Shown here in pieces: positions 62,901 to 64,000 of a DNA stretch of 64,000 nt. The translations under genes were made by a program, and so were the position numbers. The notes under the pieces are model-generated. The model did no database searches. It was given only the letters and a program-made list of their open reading frames with translations, and was not told the DNA's origin. Numbering within the stretch: position 1 is the stretch's first letter; the number at the start of each line of letters is the position of its first letter. Source of the stretch: Takakia lepidozioides (lineage: Eukaryota > Plantae > Bryophyta); assembly GCA_030704615.1 (NCBI GenBank), contig CM060734.1:8742001-8806000 (forward strand). The letters run 5' to 3'.

Positions 62901-64000
62901 CCTTTCCAGATTTGCAGCCACCTCGTCTGTATGTCCTAACATCGGTCAGACAAAATAACCTCATCATGAGAATCGCGAGAAGACACAAAACAAGAACAAA
63001 CACATGCTAACCTTCTCCGCCGGCTCAACACATGACACTGCGATCTGATGAAGCTTCTCCATGGACATTTCCGGTTTCATGGGTCTGGAGTAATGTAGTC
63101 CTATCTCCGCCAGGAACTCGGCACCAAGGCCAGGGTCAGTGATTGCAACTTGCTTCACAAGTTTCGACCTGTACTTGGTCCGTGATTGTCTCCCTGCCTG
63201 CACAATGTGACTCTCTATCAACGCGTCCGCCTTGTTGGGGGCATCACTCTCAAATAACTGCCTTTTGGCATAGGCCAAGTCATCCCTAATGTTTGTCTGC
63301 ATTCCCATACCCAGCGGATACAGTCAGGCCACTGATCCCTGCAACAAATAGCATTAAATCGGGAAATTTGAGATGAACCTCACCGAATAGAGGATCTCCA
63401 CCATGGCGTCCAGTGTTGGTCGGTACAAGGTGCGATCCGTTTTCGCAAGGGACTTCCTGTACAGCTCGGGATCGAGGGATTTTTGGAAGTCCGTCAGCGG
63501 TGTTGTGCCCACTTCTTGCACTCTATAGAGCGTATGTGCCAGGTGAGTTTCCACGAAGGCCCTCTCTGTTACCCTGCCACGGAGAAAAAAAAAAAAAAAA
63601 AACAACATGAAACTATGATACCAAAATAACCAGATTTCAGCATAGCAATCTAATTTCCAATTCATACAGTGGGTGACAGTCAAGAACATTGCCTATTTTG
63701 GCGCCACAATAGGCACTATAGAAGGATATAGTAGTGTACTTACAGATTTATATCCGCCATGGCACCCTTCAGCAGTCCTCTGTCCCTCATGTCCACCTTC
63801 ACGACAATGCAGTCCACCATGTAATGCCAGTCGATATTTTGCGGATGCATTTCAGCTATGTACTCTGTCTAGGCAAGCATCTCGTGGTTCCCATCCCAGA
63901 CGAAGAACATCTTCTCTGCCATGTGTGTGAATGTAGGATTAGTTTTCATAGAGGCTTCAAACTCGGCATTTACAGTGTGCAAGTGGGGGCTCCAATTCTG
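59930..64000 (-). pseudogene. ParB/Srx-like + DNA amino-methyltransferase-like fusion gene, copy 3 (5' end outside window)
   Basis: KMFFVWDGNHEMLA*, HTLYRV, ITDPGLGAEFL, PPFFLAWR, ILVDILDG (~61392-61406), RTRSPTFIQTLMETCMDVEGRVLDVTANTG/..RRVFSFEGD, RWTVPAGEDGIFE; same intron positions as copy 1. Confidence 0.82.

Larger units (their letters stand above)
57520..64000 (-). mobile_element. Element E3: ParB-MTase-carrying DNA transposon, continues beyond the window
   Basis: End GAGGTTTACTATTTCATGAGC plus ATGAGC repeats at 57520-57580, inserted in the gypsy RT just before KVMPFG. Confidence 0.8.

Overview
Eukaryotic nuclear DNA, almost certainly from a non-seed land plant (bryophyte/fern/lycophyte-like: GT-AG introns, a PLS-type PPR pseudogene with PDF motifs, many C>T-type nonsense codons in TEs). 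About 90% is nested transposable elements; the only clearly intact host gene is a two-exon Yippee-family gene (45690-47589). The main finding is a family of DNA transposons present four times (E1 ~5968-11388, E2 18588-30201, E4 48246-49827 as a deletion derivative, E3 57520->64000). Its ends follow the pattern [5 nt, mostly G]-N10-RTGAGC plus subterminal RTGAGC repeats. E1-E3 each carry a conserved multi-exon cargo gene encoding a ParB/Sulfiredoxin-like domain (IPLCR..VRP, VWDGNH) fused to a beta-class DNA amino-methyltransferase-like domain with an atypical DIPDG motif IV. Each element also carries an array of CG-containing motifs, palindromic or alternately inverted in E1-E3 and often inside introns of that gene. 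E2 has both ends, an 8-9 bp TSD and a MULE-like DDE/SWIM transposase whose 3' third appears inverted. Also present: a Sola-like DDD transposase pseudogene and a 4-bp-TSD MITE; a LINE with chromodomain, adenine-MTase-like and REL-like domains; several Ty3/gypsy remnants (PHD-integrase, chromovirus, Athila/Tat-like with two F-box mini-ORFs inside its LTR); and solo LTRs. All assignments are by eye from motifs; no database search was run.
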